A stretch of DNA of 64,000 nt from an uncultured Thermoleophilia bacterium (GTDB lineage Bacteria > Actinomycetota > Thermoleophilia > Gaiellales > Gaiellaceae), in NCBI GenBank assembly GCA_963733995.1, contig CAVTFO010000008.1:48900-112899 (forward strand), given 5' to 3'. This document shows positions 21,648-31,826 of this stretch, one piece after another (within the stretch, counting starts at the first letter, position 1; each line of letters begins with the position of its first letter). Below the pieces are notes generated by a model. The model was given only the letters and a program-made list of their open reading frames with translations, had not been told where the DNA came from and did not search any database. Made by a program: the position numbers and the translations under genes.

Positions 21648-22987
21648 GCGCCGAGGCGGATCGGAGTTTGTGGCTCTGAGCCACTTTCTCTCCGGCTCGA
21701 GCCCAGGGATCCGGACCGCAGAACACGCTCCCTTCGACGTGACGCGGTGCCGCCGTGGGCGCGGGCGACGGCGTCCACGAGGGCGAGGCCGAGGCCGCGC
21801 GCCGTCGCCGGTCCACGGGCGTCGTCGGCGCGGCTGAAGCGCTCGAAGGCGTGCGGGACGAACGCCGGCGGCGGGCCCGGGCCCTCGTCGGCGACCCGGA
21901 AGACGACGCCGTCGCCGTCGACGCCGCCGCTCATCCGCACCGCCCCTTCCCCGTGCCGGAGCGCGTTGTCGACGAGGTTGCCGAGCGCCTGCTCGAGCCG
22001 CAGCCGGTCGGCGTGGACGACGAGGCCGTCCTCGGCCGCGACCTCCAGTCGCCGGCCCTCCGAAGCCGCGACCGGCGCGAACCGCGCCGCGACCGCGTCG
22101 AGGAGACGCGTGCCGGGACCGGCTCGCGCGACAGCGGCAGCTCGCCGCCGCCGGCGGTCGCGAGCACGAGCAGGTCGTTCGCGAGCCGCACGAGCCGGTC
22201 GGTGTCCGCCGCGGCCGCGGCGAGCGCCGCGCGCAGCTCCTCGGCCTCGCGCGGCCGCCGCAGCGCCACCTCGAGCTCGGCCCGCAGCAGCGCGAGCGGC
22301 GTCCGCAGCTCGTGGCTCGCGTCCGCGACGAAGCGGCGCTCGCGCTCGATCCCGGCGTCGAGGCGGTCGAGCATCCGGTTCAGCGTCCGCGCGAGCCGCG
22401 CGACCTCGTCGTCCGCGGCCGGGCACCGGCAGCCGCCGGCCGCTCGTCTCGGCCGAGATCTCGTCCGCGCTCCGCCGCATCGCCTCCACCGGCCGCAGCG
22501 CCGCGGTCGCCAGGCCGTAGCCGGCGAGCGAGGCGAGGAGCAGCGCGAGCGGCCCGGCGACCAGCAGCTGCGTCCGCGAGCGCCGCCACGGCCTCGTCCC
22601 GGTCGCCGAGCGCGACGCCGGCGACGAGCACGCCTCCTTCCGCCGGGCGGGCGAGCAGGCGGACGCGCTCGTCGTCGAACCCGGGAACGCCGTCCCGCTC
22701 GACCTCGAGCTCGCCGCTTCGTGCTCGCGCCAGCTCCGCCTCGTCGAGCAGCGGCTCGCGACGGCGTGCCCCGCACCACGCGCCCGTCCGCGACGAGCTG
22801 CGCGACGCTGTCGTCCGCCTCGGCCCCAGCGGCGTCGAGCCCCCGCGCCCGGAGCGTCTCGTCCAGCTGCTCGTCGAGCGTCGAGCGCAGCCGGAGGTCG
22901 AGGAACACGCCCGGTGGCGATGAGCACGAGCGCCATCGCGAGGGCGAAGGCGAGCGTGACGCGCAGGCGGAGCGAGAGCCTGCTCAC
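21644..22987 (-). CDS. sensor histidine kinase (HAMP-HisKA-HATPase_c; needs several frame corrections)
   Basis: GTG 22987 (VSRLSLRLRVTLAFALAMALVLIATG) overlaps the regulator stop (GTGA). Pieces lie in ORFs 21931..22908, 22380..24719 and 21644..23671. Motifs: H-box FVADASHELRTPL, N-box LGNLVDNALRHG, G-box DEGPGP...GLGLALV. Confidence 0.85.
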   Translation of the reverse strand: MSRLSLRLRVTLAFALAMALVLIATGRVPRPPAALDARRAAGRDAPGAGARRRWGRGGRQRRAARRGRARGAGHAVASRCSTRRSWREHEAASSRSSGTAFPGSTTSASACSPARRKEACSSPASRSATGTRPWRRSRTQLLVAGPLALLLASLAGYGLATAALRPVEAMRRSADEISAETSGRRLPVPGRGRRGRAARADAEPDARPPRRRDRARAPLRRGREPRAADAARAAAGRARGGAAAAARGRGAARGARRGRGGHRPARAARERPARARDRRRRRAAAVARAGPGTRLLDAVAARFAPVAASEGRRLEVAAEDGLVVHADRLRLEQALGNLVDNALRHGEGAVRMSGGVDGDGVVFRVADEGPGPPPAFVPHAFERFSRADDARGPATARGLGLALVDAVARAHGGTASRRRERVLRSGSLGSSRRESGSEPQTPIRLGA

Positions 22988-23671
22988 GAGCCGCCGTCGC
23001 GGCCGGAACCGGTAGCCCGCGCCGCGCACCGTCTCGATCGACTCGACGCCGAACGGCCGGTCGATCTTCTCGCGGAGGTAGCGGACGTAGACGTCGACCA
23101 CGTTCGAGCGCGCCTCGTAGTCGAAGTCCCAGACGTGCTCCAGCAGGTCGAGGCGCGACAGGACGTGTCCCGGCCGCCCATGAAGCGTCTCGAGCAGCGC
23201 GAACTCCTTGGCCGACAGCGCGATCTCGGCCGAGCCGCGGTGGACGCTGCGCGTCGCCGGGTCGAGCCGGAGGTCGCCGGCCTCGAGCACGACCGGCCGC
23301 TCGACCGCCCCGCGCCGCGCAAGCGCCCGCAGCCGCGCCAGCACCTCGGCGAAGGCGAACGGCTTCGTCACGTAGTCGTCGGCGCCGGCGTCGAGGCCGC
23401 GCACCCGGTCGTCGACGGCGTCGCGCGCCGTGAGCATCAGCACGGGCGACCACACGCCGTCGGCACGGAGCCGACGGCAGACCTCGACCCCGTCCACCTC
23501 GGGGAGCAGCACGTCGAGGACGATCGCGTCGTACGGCGTCGCCCGCGCCATCCAGAGCGCGTCGCTGCCGTTCGCGGCGACGTCGGCGGCGTGCCCCTCC
23601 TCGACGAGACCGCGGCGGAGCAGCCCGGCGAGCCGCGGCTCGTCCTCGACGATCGAGCACGCGCACGCCAC
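22984..23671 (-). CDS. OmpR/PhoB-family response regulator (probably 1 frame correction near the 3' end)
   Basis: GTG 23671. Reads IVEDEPRLAGLLRRGL, DAIVLDVLLPEVDG, PVLMLTARD, DDYVTKPF, and winged helix LSAKEFALLETL...VRGAGYRF. The TGA at 22984 is in the +1 frame (ORF 22984..23322). Confidence 0.9.
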
Positions 23672-23710
23672 GATTGTGGCCCCGCGCGGATGAGAGCGGG
23701 ATGAGCGCGT

Positions 23711-24719
23711 CTAGACGGGAAGGGCCGAGCGGAGCACGCGCAGGAAGTTGCCGTGCGTGACCGCGGCGACGGCCGCGTCGTCGTAGCCGCGGCGGCGGAG
23801 AGCGGCGACGAGGGCGGGGTAGTGCTCCGGGCCGGTGAAGTCCTCGAGCCCGAGTCGACCGCCGCCGCGCACGTACGCCTCCTCGACGACGGCCTCGAGC
23901 GACTGGCCGGCGTCGAGCTCGGCGGCGGTCACCTGGTCGATGACGTCCGCGCCGAGACCGACGTGCTCGATCCCCATCACCGAGACCGCGTGGTCGAGGT
24001 GGTCGAGCAGCCCGTCGATCGTCGGCCGCTCGTAGCCGACGACCAGCGTGAGCGCCATCAGCCCGAGCACGCCGCCCTGCGCGGCGAGTGCCCGGAGCTG
24101 GTCGTCGGAGAGGTTGCGCTCGACATCCTCCACCGCGCGACAGCACGCATGGCTGCAGACGACGTGACCGCCGGCCGCGAGCAGCTCGTCGGCACGTCGG
24201 CGGCGACGCGTGCGCGAGGTCGAGCACGACGCCGCGCTCCACGAGCTCGTCCACGAGCGCACGACCCGCGTCGGTGAGCCCCTCGTCGGGCGTGTCGAGG
24301 CCGCCCGCGGCCCAGGTCGGGCGGTTCCACGTGAGCCCGGCCATCCGCACCCCCGCGTCCCACCACTCCCCGAACCCGTCGGTCACCGGCTCGACGCCCT
24401 CGAGCGCGAGCATCAGCCCGATCCGCCCGTCCCGCCCCACCTGGTCGAGGTCGTCGGCCGCCAGGACCGGGAAGACGTCGTCCGCGTTCTCGGCCAGCGC
24501 CCGCTCCCACGCGTCGCGGAGCGCCATTCCGGCGGCACGGTGCTCGCCCGCGGGACGATCGGCGGTGAAGATCGGGCACACCTGGAGCGCGACGCCGCCG
24601 GCCCGGAGCTTCGGCAGCCAGTGCCGCGCGAACGGGTTCTCCTCGTCGCGGCGCAGCACGAGCTCGAGCAGCAGGTCGTTGTGCGCGTCGACGATCACGT
24701 GCGCGGAGGCTACGCGCAC
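23711..24719 (-). CDS. membrane dipeptidase (peptidase M19; needs frame correction)
   Basis: The start of ORF 22380..24719 reads VIVDAHNDLLLELV, GGVALQVCPIF, LALEGVEPV, GVRMAGLTWNR, VVLDLAH. Break near 24190. Then ORF 23711..24262: VVCSHACCRAV..., GIEHVGLGAD, THGNFLRVL. Confidence 0.8.
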
Positions 24720-24726
24720 CGCCGGG

Positions 24727-25530
24727 CTAGTCGACGAGCTTGCGCTCCATCGCGCGGATCGCGATGCGCCACATGAGGAGCGCGTACAGCACGAGCATCC
24801 CGACTCGCAGCAGGTCGGTCCATGCGCCCGTGCCGAACGCGGCGGCCCGCACGAGCTTCACCGTCTGGAAGAGCGGGTTGAAGTTCGCGAGCACCTGCAC
24901 CCAGTCCGGGAGCCCGTCGAGCGGGAAGAACGTCCCGGCGACGAGGAAGAGCGGCGTGAGGACGGCGCTGACGATGTAGCTGAAGCTCTCGATCGACTTC
25001 GCCCGGCCGGCGACGAAGATGCCGAAGCACGCCCAGCCGAGGCCGGAGAGCCACGCGATGAACGGCACGAACAGCATGGTCCAGTGCGGGTCGAGGCCGA
25101 AGAGCATGGCGACGACCATCGGCACGCACCCGTAGACGCCGGCGCGCGTCGCGATCCACAGCGCCTCGGCGGTGACGAGCTCCTCCGTGTCGACCGGCGC
25201 CGCGAGGATCGCGTCGTAGGTGCGCTGGAACTGGTACTTGACGAACGTCCCGAACATCGCCGGGAACGCGCTCGAGAAGAGGACCGCGGTCGCGACCGTG
25301 CCGGTGCCGACGAACTCGACGTAGTCGTAGCCGCCGATCGAGCTCACGAGCGAGCCGAAGCCGAAGCCGAACGCGAGCAGGTAGATCGTCGGCTCGACGG
25401 TCGACGAGAACGTCGCCGACCGCCAGTACGAGGAGAAGTTGACGATCTCGCGGACGAGGACGCCCGTGATCGCAGCCCGCTCGAGCCGGCCGAGTCGGCG
25501 TTCGGCGACGGTCGGCGAGACCGCGCTCAT
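24727..25530 (-). CDS. ABC-2 type transporter permease
   Basis: ATG 25530 overlaps the ATPase stop (ATGA). The 267-aa tail of ORF 24727..27921(-) is intact, has six hydrophobic segments, and reads YWRSATFSSTVEPTIYLLAFGFGFG. Confidence 0.85.
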   Translation of the reverse strand: MSAVSPTVAERRLGRLERAAITGVLVREIVNFSSYWRSATFSSTVEPTIYLLAFGFGFGSLVSSIGGYDYVEFVGTGTVATAVLFSSAFPAMFGTFVKYQFQRTYDAILAAPVDTEELVTAEALWIATRAGVYGCVPMVVAMLFGLDPHWTMLFVPFIAWLSGLGWACFGIFVAGRAKSIESFSYIVSAVLTPLFLVAGTFFPLDGLPDWVQVLANFNPLFQTVKLVRAAAFGTGAWTDLLRVGMLVLYALLMWRIAIRAMERKLVD

Positions 25531-26423
25531 CCGATCTCCTCCCCGGTCAGCAGGACGAACACGTCCTCCAGGTTCGCGGCCCGGCGCTCGCCCTCGAACG
25601 CGGCGGCGTTCGTGCCGTTGACGCCGAGGATCGAGATGCTCGTCCCGGTCCGGCGCGTCCTCAGCCCGGCTCCGTTGGCCTCGGACTCGACCTCGGCGAG
25701 GCGCGCCGGGGCACCGTAGACCTCGATCGCCTGCTGACCCGCGTGCTCCTCCACCAGCTCGGCCGGCGGCCCGGCGGCGACCGCCTTGCCGTGGGACATG
25801 ATCAGGACGGTGTCGGCGAGGCGCTGCGCCTCCTCGATGTAGTGCGTCGACATGAGGATCGTCGTCCCCTCGCTCCGCAGCGCGTCGATGAGCGCCCACA
25901 GCTCCTGCCGCACCTGCGGGTCGAGGCCGACGGTCGGCTCGTCGAGGAGCACGAGGCGCGGCCGGTGGACGAGGGCGCGCGCGATCAGGAGCCGCCGCCG
26001 CATCCCGCCCGAGAGCTTGTCGACGCGAGAGTCGCGCCGGTCGACGAGCCTCGCGAGCTCGAGCGAGCGCTCGATCGCCGCCTTCCGCTCGCCGCGCGGG
26101 ATCCGGTAGAGGTGCGAGAAGACGAGCAGGTTCTGCTCGACGGTCAGCGTCACGTCGAGGTTGTCGAGCTGCGGGGCGACGCCGAGCTGCGCGCGGGCCT
26201 GCTTCGACTCGCCCGGGAGCCGGTAGCCGAGCACCTCCAGCTCCCCCTCGTCCGCGATCGCCTGCGCGGTCAGGAGCCGCATCGTGGTCGACTTGCCCGC
26301 CCCGTTCGGGCCGAGCAGGCCGACGCACGTGCCCACCGGGACGTCGAGGTCGAGACCGTCCACGGCGGTGATGGGGCCATAGCGCTTGACCGCGCCGCGC
26401 AGGCGGATGGCGAGCTCGCTCAT
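25527..26423 (-). CDS. ABC transporter ATP-binding protein (DrrA/NodI-like)
   Basis: ATG 26423 with a GAGG SD. Walker A GPNGAGKST, signature LSGGMRRRL, Walker B LVLLDEPTVGLD. Intact. Confidence 0.92.
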   Translation of the reverse strand: MSELAIRLRGAVKRYGPITAVDGLDLDVPVGTCVGLLGPNGAGKSTTMRLLTAQAIADEGELEVLGYRLPGESKQARAQLGVAPQLDNLDVTLTVEQNLLVFSHLYRIPRGERKAAIERSLELARLVDRRDSRVDKLSGGMRRRLLIARALVHRPRLVLLDEPTVGLDPQVRQELWALIDALRSEGTTILMSTHYIEEAQRLADTVLIMSHGKAVAAGPPAELVEEHAGQQAIEVYGAPARLAEVESEANGAGLRTRRTGTSISILGVNGTNAAAFEGERRAANLEDVFVLLTGEEIG

Positions 26424-26498
26424 GGGGCAACCTCGGTTGTCCGTGTGAGCGAGCCGAAGGCGAGCGACGCTCATGGCCCCAACGGTACGTGCGCGGGC

Positions 26499-27947
26499 CT
26501 AGTCCCCCTCGACCCCTGCGAACGCCGGCTCCGCCTCGGGCGCATGCTCGGGCGCCTCGACGCGGAGGAAGGCTGCGACCGCGGCCGCGGCGACGACGAA
26601 GCCCGCCCCGAGGAGGAACGCGATGTGGTAGCCGCCGTTGAGCGCGGTCAGCGAGTCGTCGCCGTTCGCGAGGAGCGTGTCGCTGCGCGCGGCGGCGAGG
26701 CTGGCGAGCACGGCCAGGCCGACGGCGCCGCCCATCATGAACGCGGTGTTGACGACGCCCGAGGCGAGCCCGGCGCGCTCCGGCGCGACGCCGCTCATCG
26801 CCGCGAGGAGCAGCGGGTTGAACGCGATCCCGGCGCCGAGGCCGAGAGCCAGCGTCGCGGGCAGGACGTCGACCGCCCAGCTGCCGTCCACCGGCGTCCG
26901 CGCGAGCAGCACCAGCGCGAGCGCCATCAGGCCGAGGCCGGCGAGCAGCGGCGTCTTGATCCCGAAGCGCATCACGAGCTTGTCCGAGAGCAGCAGCGAG
27001 GAGGCGCCCCACAGGATCGTGCCGGGCAGGTAGGCCAGGCCGACCTCGAGCGGCTCGTAGCCGAGCACGAGCTGCAGGTACAGCGCCGAGAGGAAGAAGT
27101 AGGCGAACATCCCCGCCGCCATCAGCACGCCGGCCACGTTCGCGACCGAGACGTTGCGGTTGCGGAAGACGTCGAGCGGCACGAGCGGGAACGAGATCCG
27201 CGACTCGAGCACGAGGAACCCGACCATCAGGGCCGCCGAGACGCCGAGGAGGCCGAGCGTCTGGACGGAGGTCCAGCCGTTCTCGTTGCCGTTCACGATC
27301 GCGTAGACCGCGAGCATCAGCGAGCCGGTGATCGCGATGGCGCCCGCGACGTCGACGCGGCCGCTCGCGACCGGGCCGGAGTCGGGCAGCAGCCGGAGCG
27401 AGAGCACGAAGACGGTGATCCCGACCGGGAGGTTCACGAGGAAGATCCAGTGCCAGCTCAGCAGGTCGGTGAGGACGCCGCCCGCGAGCACGCCGAGGAC
27501 GCCGCCGCCGGAGAGGACGAAGCCGAAGACGCCCATCGCCTTCGCGCGGTCGGCCTGCTCGGTGAAGAGCATCATCAGCAGCGACAGCGCGACGGCCGAC
27601 ACGACCGCCCCGCCCACGCCCTGGACGGCGCGCGCGCCGACGAGCATCGCCTGCGACGTCGCGAGACCGCACGCGAGCGAGGCCGCCGTGAAGAGCACGA
27701 TCCCGCCGAGGAAGAGCCGCCGGTGGCCGAACAGGTCGCCGAGGCGCCCGCCGAGCAGCAGGAAGCCGCCGAAGGTCAGCAGGTACGCGTTCACGACCCA
27801 GGCGAGCGACTCCTGCGTGAAGCCGAGATCGTCCTGGATCGACGGGAGCGCCACGTTCACGATCGTCCCGTCGAGCACGATCATCAGGTCGCCGAGGCAG
27901 AGCACGTAGAGGGCGAGCCAACGGGTGCGGGCGTTCAGCGCGGTCAT
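26499..27947 (-). CDS. MFS transporter, DHA2 family
   Basis: ATG 27947 preceded by GAGGAGG. Intact 482 aa. Reads LGDLMIVLDGTIVNVALPSIQDDLGF, GGRLGDLFGHRRLF, WHWIFLVNLPVG. Confidence 0.9.
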   Translation of the reverse strand: MTALNARTRWLALYVLCLGDLMIVLDGTIVNVALPSIQDDLGFTQESLAWVVNAYLLTFGGFLLLGGRLGDLFGHRRLFLGGIVLFTAASLACGLATSQAMLVGARAVQGVGGAVVSAVALSLLMMLFTEQADRAKAMGVFGFVLSGGGVLGVLAGGVLTDLLSWHWIFLVNLPVGITVFVLSLRLLPDSGPVASGRVDVAGAIAITGSLMLAVYAIVNGNENGWTSVQTLGLLGVSAALMVGFLVLESRISFPLVPLDVFRNRNVSVANVAGVLMAAGMFAYFFLSALYLQLVLGYEPLEVGLAYLPGTILWGASSLLLSDKLVMRFGIKTPLLAGLGLMALALVLLARTPVDGSWAVDVLPATLALGLGAGIAFNPLLLAAMSGVAPERAGLASGVVNTAFMMGGAVGLAVLASLAAARSDTLLANGDDSLTALNGGYHIAFLLGAGFVVAAAAVAAFLRVEAPEHAPEAEPAFAGVEGD

Positions 27948-28092
27948 CGATTCCTCCTCGTTCCGAACATGTCGGACGGTAGACCCGGCGCCTCCGCCGA
28001 ACTCATCGGTGGTCACCACACCTGGGGGTACGGCTAGCCACACCTTTGCGACAGGGCGGGCGCGATGGACACGGTTCGTGCGGAGTTGCACG

Positions 28093-30718
28093 ATGTCGCG
28101 TGCGATGGCCACTGCTGCTCCGGAGCTGCTCGAGCGCGCGCATCTCGTCGACGCGCTGGAAGCAGCGCTCGCGGACGCCGCGGACGGTGCCGGCCGGCTC
28201 GTGCTCGTGCGCGGCGAAGCGGGGGTCGGCAAGACCGCGCTCCTGCGCCGCGTGGCCGTCGGCCCGCATCCGGCCCGCGTCCTCTGGGGCGGCTGCGTCG
28301 CGCTCGAGACGCCGCGGCCGCTGAGCCCGCTCGTCGAGATCGCCGGCAGCGTCGGCGGCGAGCTGGCCGACGCGCTGCGCGGCCACGCCCGGTCCCACGA
28401 GCTCGCCGACGCGCTCCTCCGCGAGCTCGCAGCGGAGCGGCCGACGCTCCTCGTGCTCGAGGACGTCCACCGCGCCGACGAGGCGACGCTCGACCTGCTC
28501 CGCCTGCTCGCGCGCCGGATCGAGGGCGCGCCGGCGGTCGTCGCCGCGAGCTTCCGCGACGACGGGCTCGGCGCTGCGCATCCGCTCCACCGCGTGCTCG
28601 GCGAGCTCGCGGCGGCGAGCCACGTCGTCCGGCTGACCGTCGAGCCGCTCTCCGTCGACGCCGTGACGACGCTCGCCGCCGGGCGCGGGCTGGACGGGCC
28701 CGAGCTGTACCGGAAGACGGGCGGCAACCCGTTCTTCGTGACCGAGGTGCTCGCGGCCGGCGGTGCGATCCCGGACACGGTCCGGGAGGCCGTGCTCGCC
28801 ACGGGTGGCCGGGCTCACGGAGCAGGCGCGACACCTCCTCAACGCGGTCGCGGTCGTGCCGGCCGAGACCGAGCTGTGGCTGCTCGAGGCGATGCTCGAG
28901 GGCGACCTCACCGGCCTCGACGAGTGCACCGCGACCGGGGTCCTCGTCCACGCGCCGGGCCAGGTCGCGTTCCGGCACGAGCTCGCGCGCGAGGCGGTCG
29001 AGGCGGCGGTGCCGCCCCACGAGCGCCTGCTCCTCCACCGCGCGGCGCTGCGCGCCCTGGCCGAGCCGCCGCTCGGGGAGCCCGACGTGGCGCGTCTCGC
29101 ACACCACGCAGAGGCCGCGGGCGACGTCGCCGCCCACGTCCGGTTCGCGCGCGAGGCCGGGGTCGAGGCCGCGGCCTACGGCGCGCACGCGGAGGCGGCC
29201 GCGCACCTCCGGCGGGCCGCGCGCCACGCGCAGAGCCTCCCGCTCGCGGACCGCGCCGACCTCCTCGAGCGGCTCGCGTACGAGAGCCTCCTCGTCAACG
29301 ACCTCGAGGTCGCCCGGGACGCAGGCGTGCGGCTGCTCGCGTGCCGGCGCGCGCTCGGCGACCCGGTCGGCGAGGCCGTCGCGCTGCGCGAGGTCTCGCG
29401 GGTGCTCCGGCTCCTCGGCCGCATCGGCGAGGCCGAGCAGGCGGCGCAGGCCGCGGTCGCGCTCCTCGAGGACGGACCACCCGGCCGCGAGCTCGCACTC
29501 GTCTACGACCACGTCGCCTGGCTGCGCCTCCTCGACAACGAGAACGACGAGGCGATCACGTGGGCGCTGCGGGCGATCGCGGTCGCCGAGGAAGTCGGCG
29601 ACGGCGCCGTCGTCGCGCACGCACGGCTGACGATCGGCTCGGCCGAGTTCTCGCTGGGCCGGGCGCCGTGGCGGGCGACGCTCGAGGACGCGCTCGCCCT
29701 GGCGCAGACGCTCCCGGCCGACGAGGCCAAGGCCCGGGACGAGCTCGTCGCGAGGGCGCTGGACAAGCTGTCGTACGCCGTCCTGCACGAGCGCGACCTC
29801 GACGCCGCCGCGCACTTCATCGAGCTCGGCCTCGCGCACACGGGCACGCACGACCTCTGGCGCTGGCGCGCGAACCTCCTCATGGAGCAGGCGACGCTCG
29901 CCCTCGTCCGCGGCGCGTGGAGCGACGCGGTCGCCGGTGCCGAGGCGGCGCTCGAGGCCAACGTCTTCCCGCACACCCGCCGGCTCGCGCTGGTCGCCGC
30001 CGCGCGCGCCCGCGCCCGCAGCGGTGAGCCGGGCGCGTGGGACGCGCTCGACGAGGCATTTCGCTGCGGGCTCGACGCCGAGGACCTCGACCAGCTCGGC
30101 CCGCTGGCGGTCGCCCGGGCCGAGGCGCACTGGCTCGCGGCTCGCGCCGACGAGGTCGCCGCCGACACCGACCGCGCGCTCGCCGCCGCGAACGAGCGCG
30201 CCGACGCGTGGTGGCTCGGGGAGCTGGCCTGGTTGCGGCGCCTCGCCGGGATCGAGGAGCCGCCGCCCGAAGCGGCCGCGGAGCCGTTCCGGCTCGCGCT
30301 CGAGGGCCGGTGGCGCGAGTCGGCGCAGCGGTGGCGGGCGATCGGAGCGCCGTACGAGGCCGCGCTGGCGCTCGTCCTCGGCGACACGCCCGCGTCGCTG
30401 CGCGAGGCGCTCGTCGAGCTGCGCCGGATCGGCGCCCACGGCGCGACCCCGGTCGTCGCGGCCCGCCTGCGTGCGCTCGGCGTCCGGGCGGTCGCGCGGC
30501 GGCCGCGCGCGGCCACGCGCCGGAACCCGGCCGGCCTGACGGCGCGCGAGCTCGAGGTCCTCGCGCTTCTCGCGGCGGGGCTCCAGAACCGCGAGATCGC
30601 CTCGCAGCTCGTGGTCTCGCCGAAGACGGTCGAGCACCACGTCTCGGCGATCCTGCGGAAGCTCGAGGTGCCGTCTCGCCGCGACGCGGCCGCCGCGGCG
30701 CCCCGCCTCGGCATCTAG
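28093..30718 (+). CDS. LuxR-family large ATP-binding (LAL-type) transcriptional regulator (needs 1 frame correction)
   Basis: ATG 28093. Walker A GEAGVGKTAL, Walker B LLVLEDVHRAD, GGNPFFVTEVL. Break near 28805. Then ORF 28763..30718 with long helical/TPR-like repeats and a C-terminal LuxR HTH: LTARELEVLALLAAGLQNREIASQLVVSPKTVEHHVSAILRKL. Confidence 0.85.
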
Positions 30719-30816
30719 GGGCCGCCGGACCGGAAAGATAGGGGAGCGCCACCCATGCGCAGCCCTGCGCGCAACCCGTACTCTCGACGTCACTACACCA
30801 AATGAAGGGAGATCGA

Positions 30817-31470
30817 ATGTTGCAGCTCGGCAGTGTCGCGCCCGACTTCGAGGCCGACACCACCGAGGGGCGCATCCGCTTCCACGAGTGGATGGGCGAC
30901 TCGTGGGCGGTGCTCTTCTCGCACCCCAAGGACTTCACGCCCGTCTGCGCGACCGAGCTGGGCTCGGTGGCCGAGCTCAAGCCGGAGTTCGACCGGCGCG
31001 GCGTCAAGCTCATCGGCCTCTCCGTCGACCCGCTCGACCGGCACCACGCGTTCGCGGACGACATCGAGGAGATGCAGGGCACCCGCCCCAACTACCCGCT
31101 GATCGCGGACGGTGACTACGAGGTCTCGAAGCTCTACGGGATGCTCCCCGCCGACACGAGCGGCGACCCGTTGGCGCGGACGCCGGCCGACAACCAGACC
31201 GTGCGGAACGTGTTCGTGATCGCGCCCGACAAGACGATCCGGCTGTACCTCGCCTATCCGATGACGACCGGGCGCAGCTTCGACGAGCTGCTCCGCGTGA
31301 TCGACTCGCTGCAGCTCACCGCGAATCACAAGGTCTCGACGCCGGCGAACTGGAAGCAGGGCGACGACGTGATCATCGCCGGCTCGGTGACCGACGAGGC
31401 CGCCCGCGAGCTCTGGCCCGAGGGCTGGGAGTCGCCGAAGCCGTACATGCGGATCGTCCCGCAGCCGTAG
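30817..31470 (+). CDS. 1-Cys peroxiredoxin (Prx6-type, AhpC/TSA family)
   Basis: ATG 30817 after AAGGGAG. Reads MLQLGSVAPDFEADTTEGRIRFHEWMGDSWAVLFSHPKDFTPVCATEL (peroxidatic Cys). The C-terminal 1-Cys Prx domain ends ...WPEGWESPKPYMRIV. Intact. Confidence 0.92.
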   Translation: MLQLGSVAPDFEADTTEGRIRFHEWMGDSWAVLFSHPKDFTPVCATELGSVAELKPEFDRRGVKLIGLSVDPLDRHHAFADDIEEMQGTRPNYPLIADGDYEVSKLYGMLPADTSGDPLARTPADNQTVRNVFVIAPDKTIRLYLAYPMTTGRSFDELLRVIDSLQLTANHKVSTPANWKQGDDVIIAGSVTDEAARELWPEGWESPKPYMRIVPQP

Positions 31471-31535
31471 ATCCTGACCGGCCTCCGGGCGGCGGAGACC
31501 GATGAGTTTCCGCCGCCCGGCCGGTCTGCTCCTCG

Positions 31536-31826
31536 ATGGCCACTCCACCGCGCGAGACGATCGCGTTCGCGATCCACGGTCCGATTCTGCGCTCGGATCT
31601 GCCGGGGCTCTGCGACCGCGTGTGCGCGATCCTCACCGACGCGCCCGCGGACGAGGCTCTCTGCGACGTACGCGGCGTCGAGCCCGACGCGGTGACGGTG
31701 GACGCGCTCGCCCGGCTCCAGCTCGCGGCGCGCCGTCGCGGCTGCCGCGTGCGGCTCCGCCACGCGTCGCCGGCGCTGCTCGACCTGGTGGCGTTCATGG
31801 GCCTGACGGAGGTCCTCGCCGACTAG
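31536..31826 (+). CDS. STAS-domain protein (anti-sigma-antagonist-like)
   Basis: Intact 96-aa ORF. Reads IAFAIHGPILRSDLPGLCDRV...CDVRGVEPDAVTVDALARLQLAARRRGCRVRLRHASPALLDLVAFMGL, the short actinobacterial STAS pattern. Confidence 0.6.
   Translation: MATPPRETIAFAIHGPILRSDLPGLCDRVCAILTDAPADEALCDVRGVEPDAVTVDALARLQLAARRRGCRVRLRHASPALLDLVAFMGLTEVLAD

Noticed and set aside
21670-21692. A GTGGCTCTGAGCCAC dyad plus TTTCTCTC just after the DUF3037-like gene, resembling an intrinsic terminator.
   Set aside because: It lies inside the 3' end of the convergent histidine-kinase reading frame. All three minus-strand frames are open across it, and the only usable stop is at 21644. The effective stem is just 6 bp with a 3-nt loop. 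It may still attenuate plus-strand transcription, but I cannot support it as a feature.
22984-23010. The response regulator and histidine kinase read as one continuous frame in ORF 21644..23671(-), suggesting a hybrid RR-HK fusion.
   Set aside because: The +1 frame ends at TGA 22984-22986, which overlaps a GTG (22985-22987) that opens a typical HK N-terminal TM segment. This is the same GTGA coupling seen at other junctions. A single indel in the preceding CGGCCGCGACGGCGGC stretch explains the apparent fusion.
24727-27921. Other ORFs over 1000 aa: 24727..27921(-), 58693..61788(-), 44036..47107(+) and 28034..30793(-).
   Set aside because: Each is either a chance concatenation of a real gene tail with open antisense or out-of-frame sequence, or it is entirely antisense to a motif-supported gene. 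The composition (R, A, G, P, D) and the absence of recognisable motifs argue against coding.
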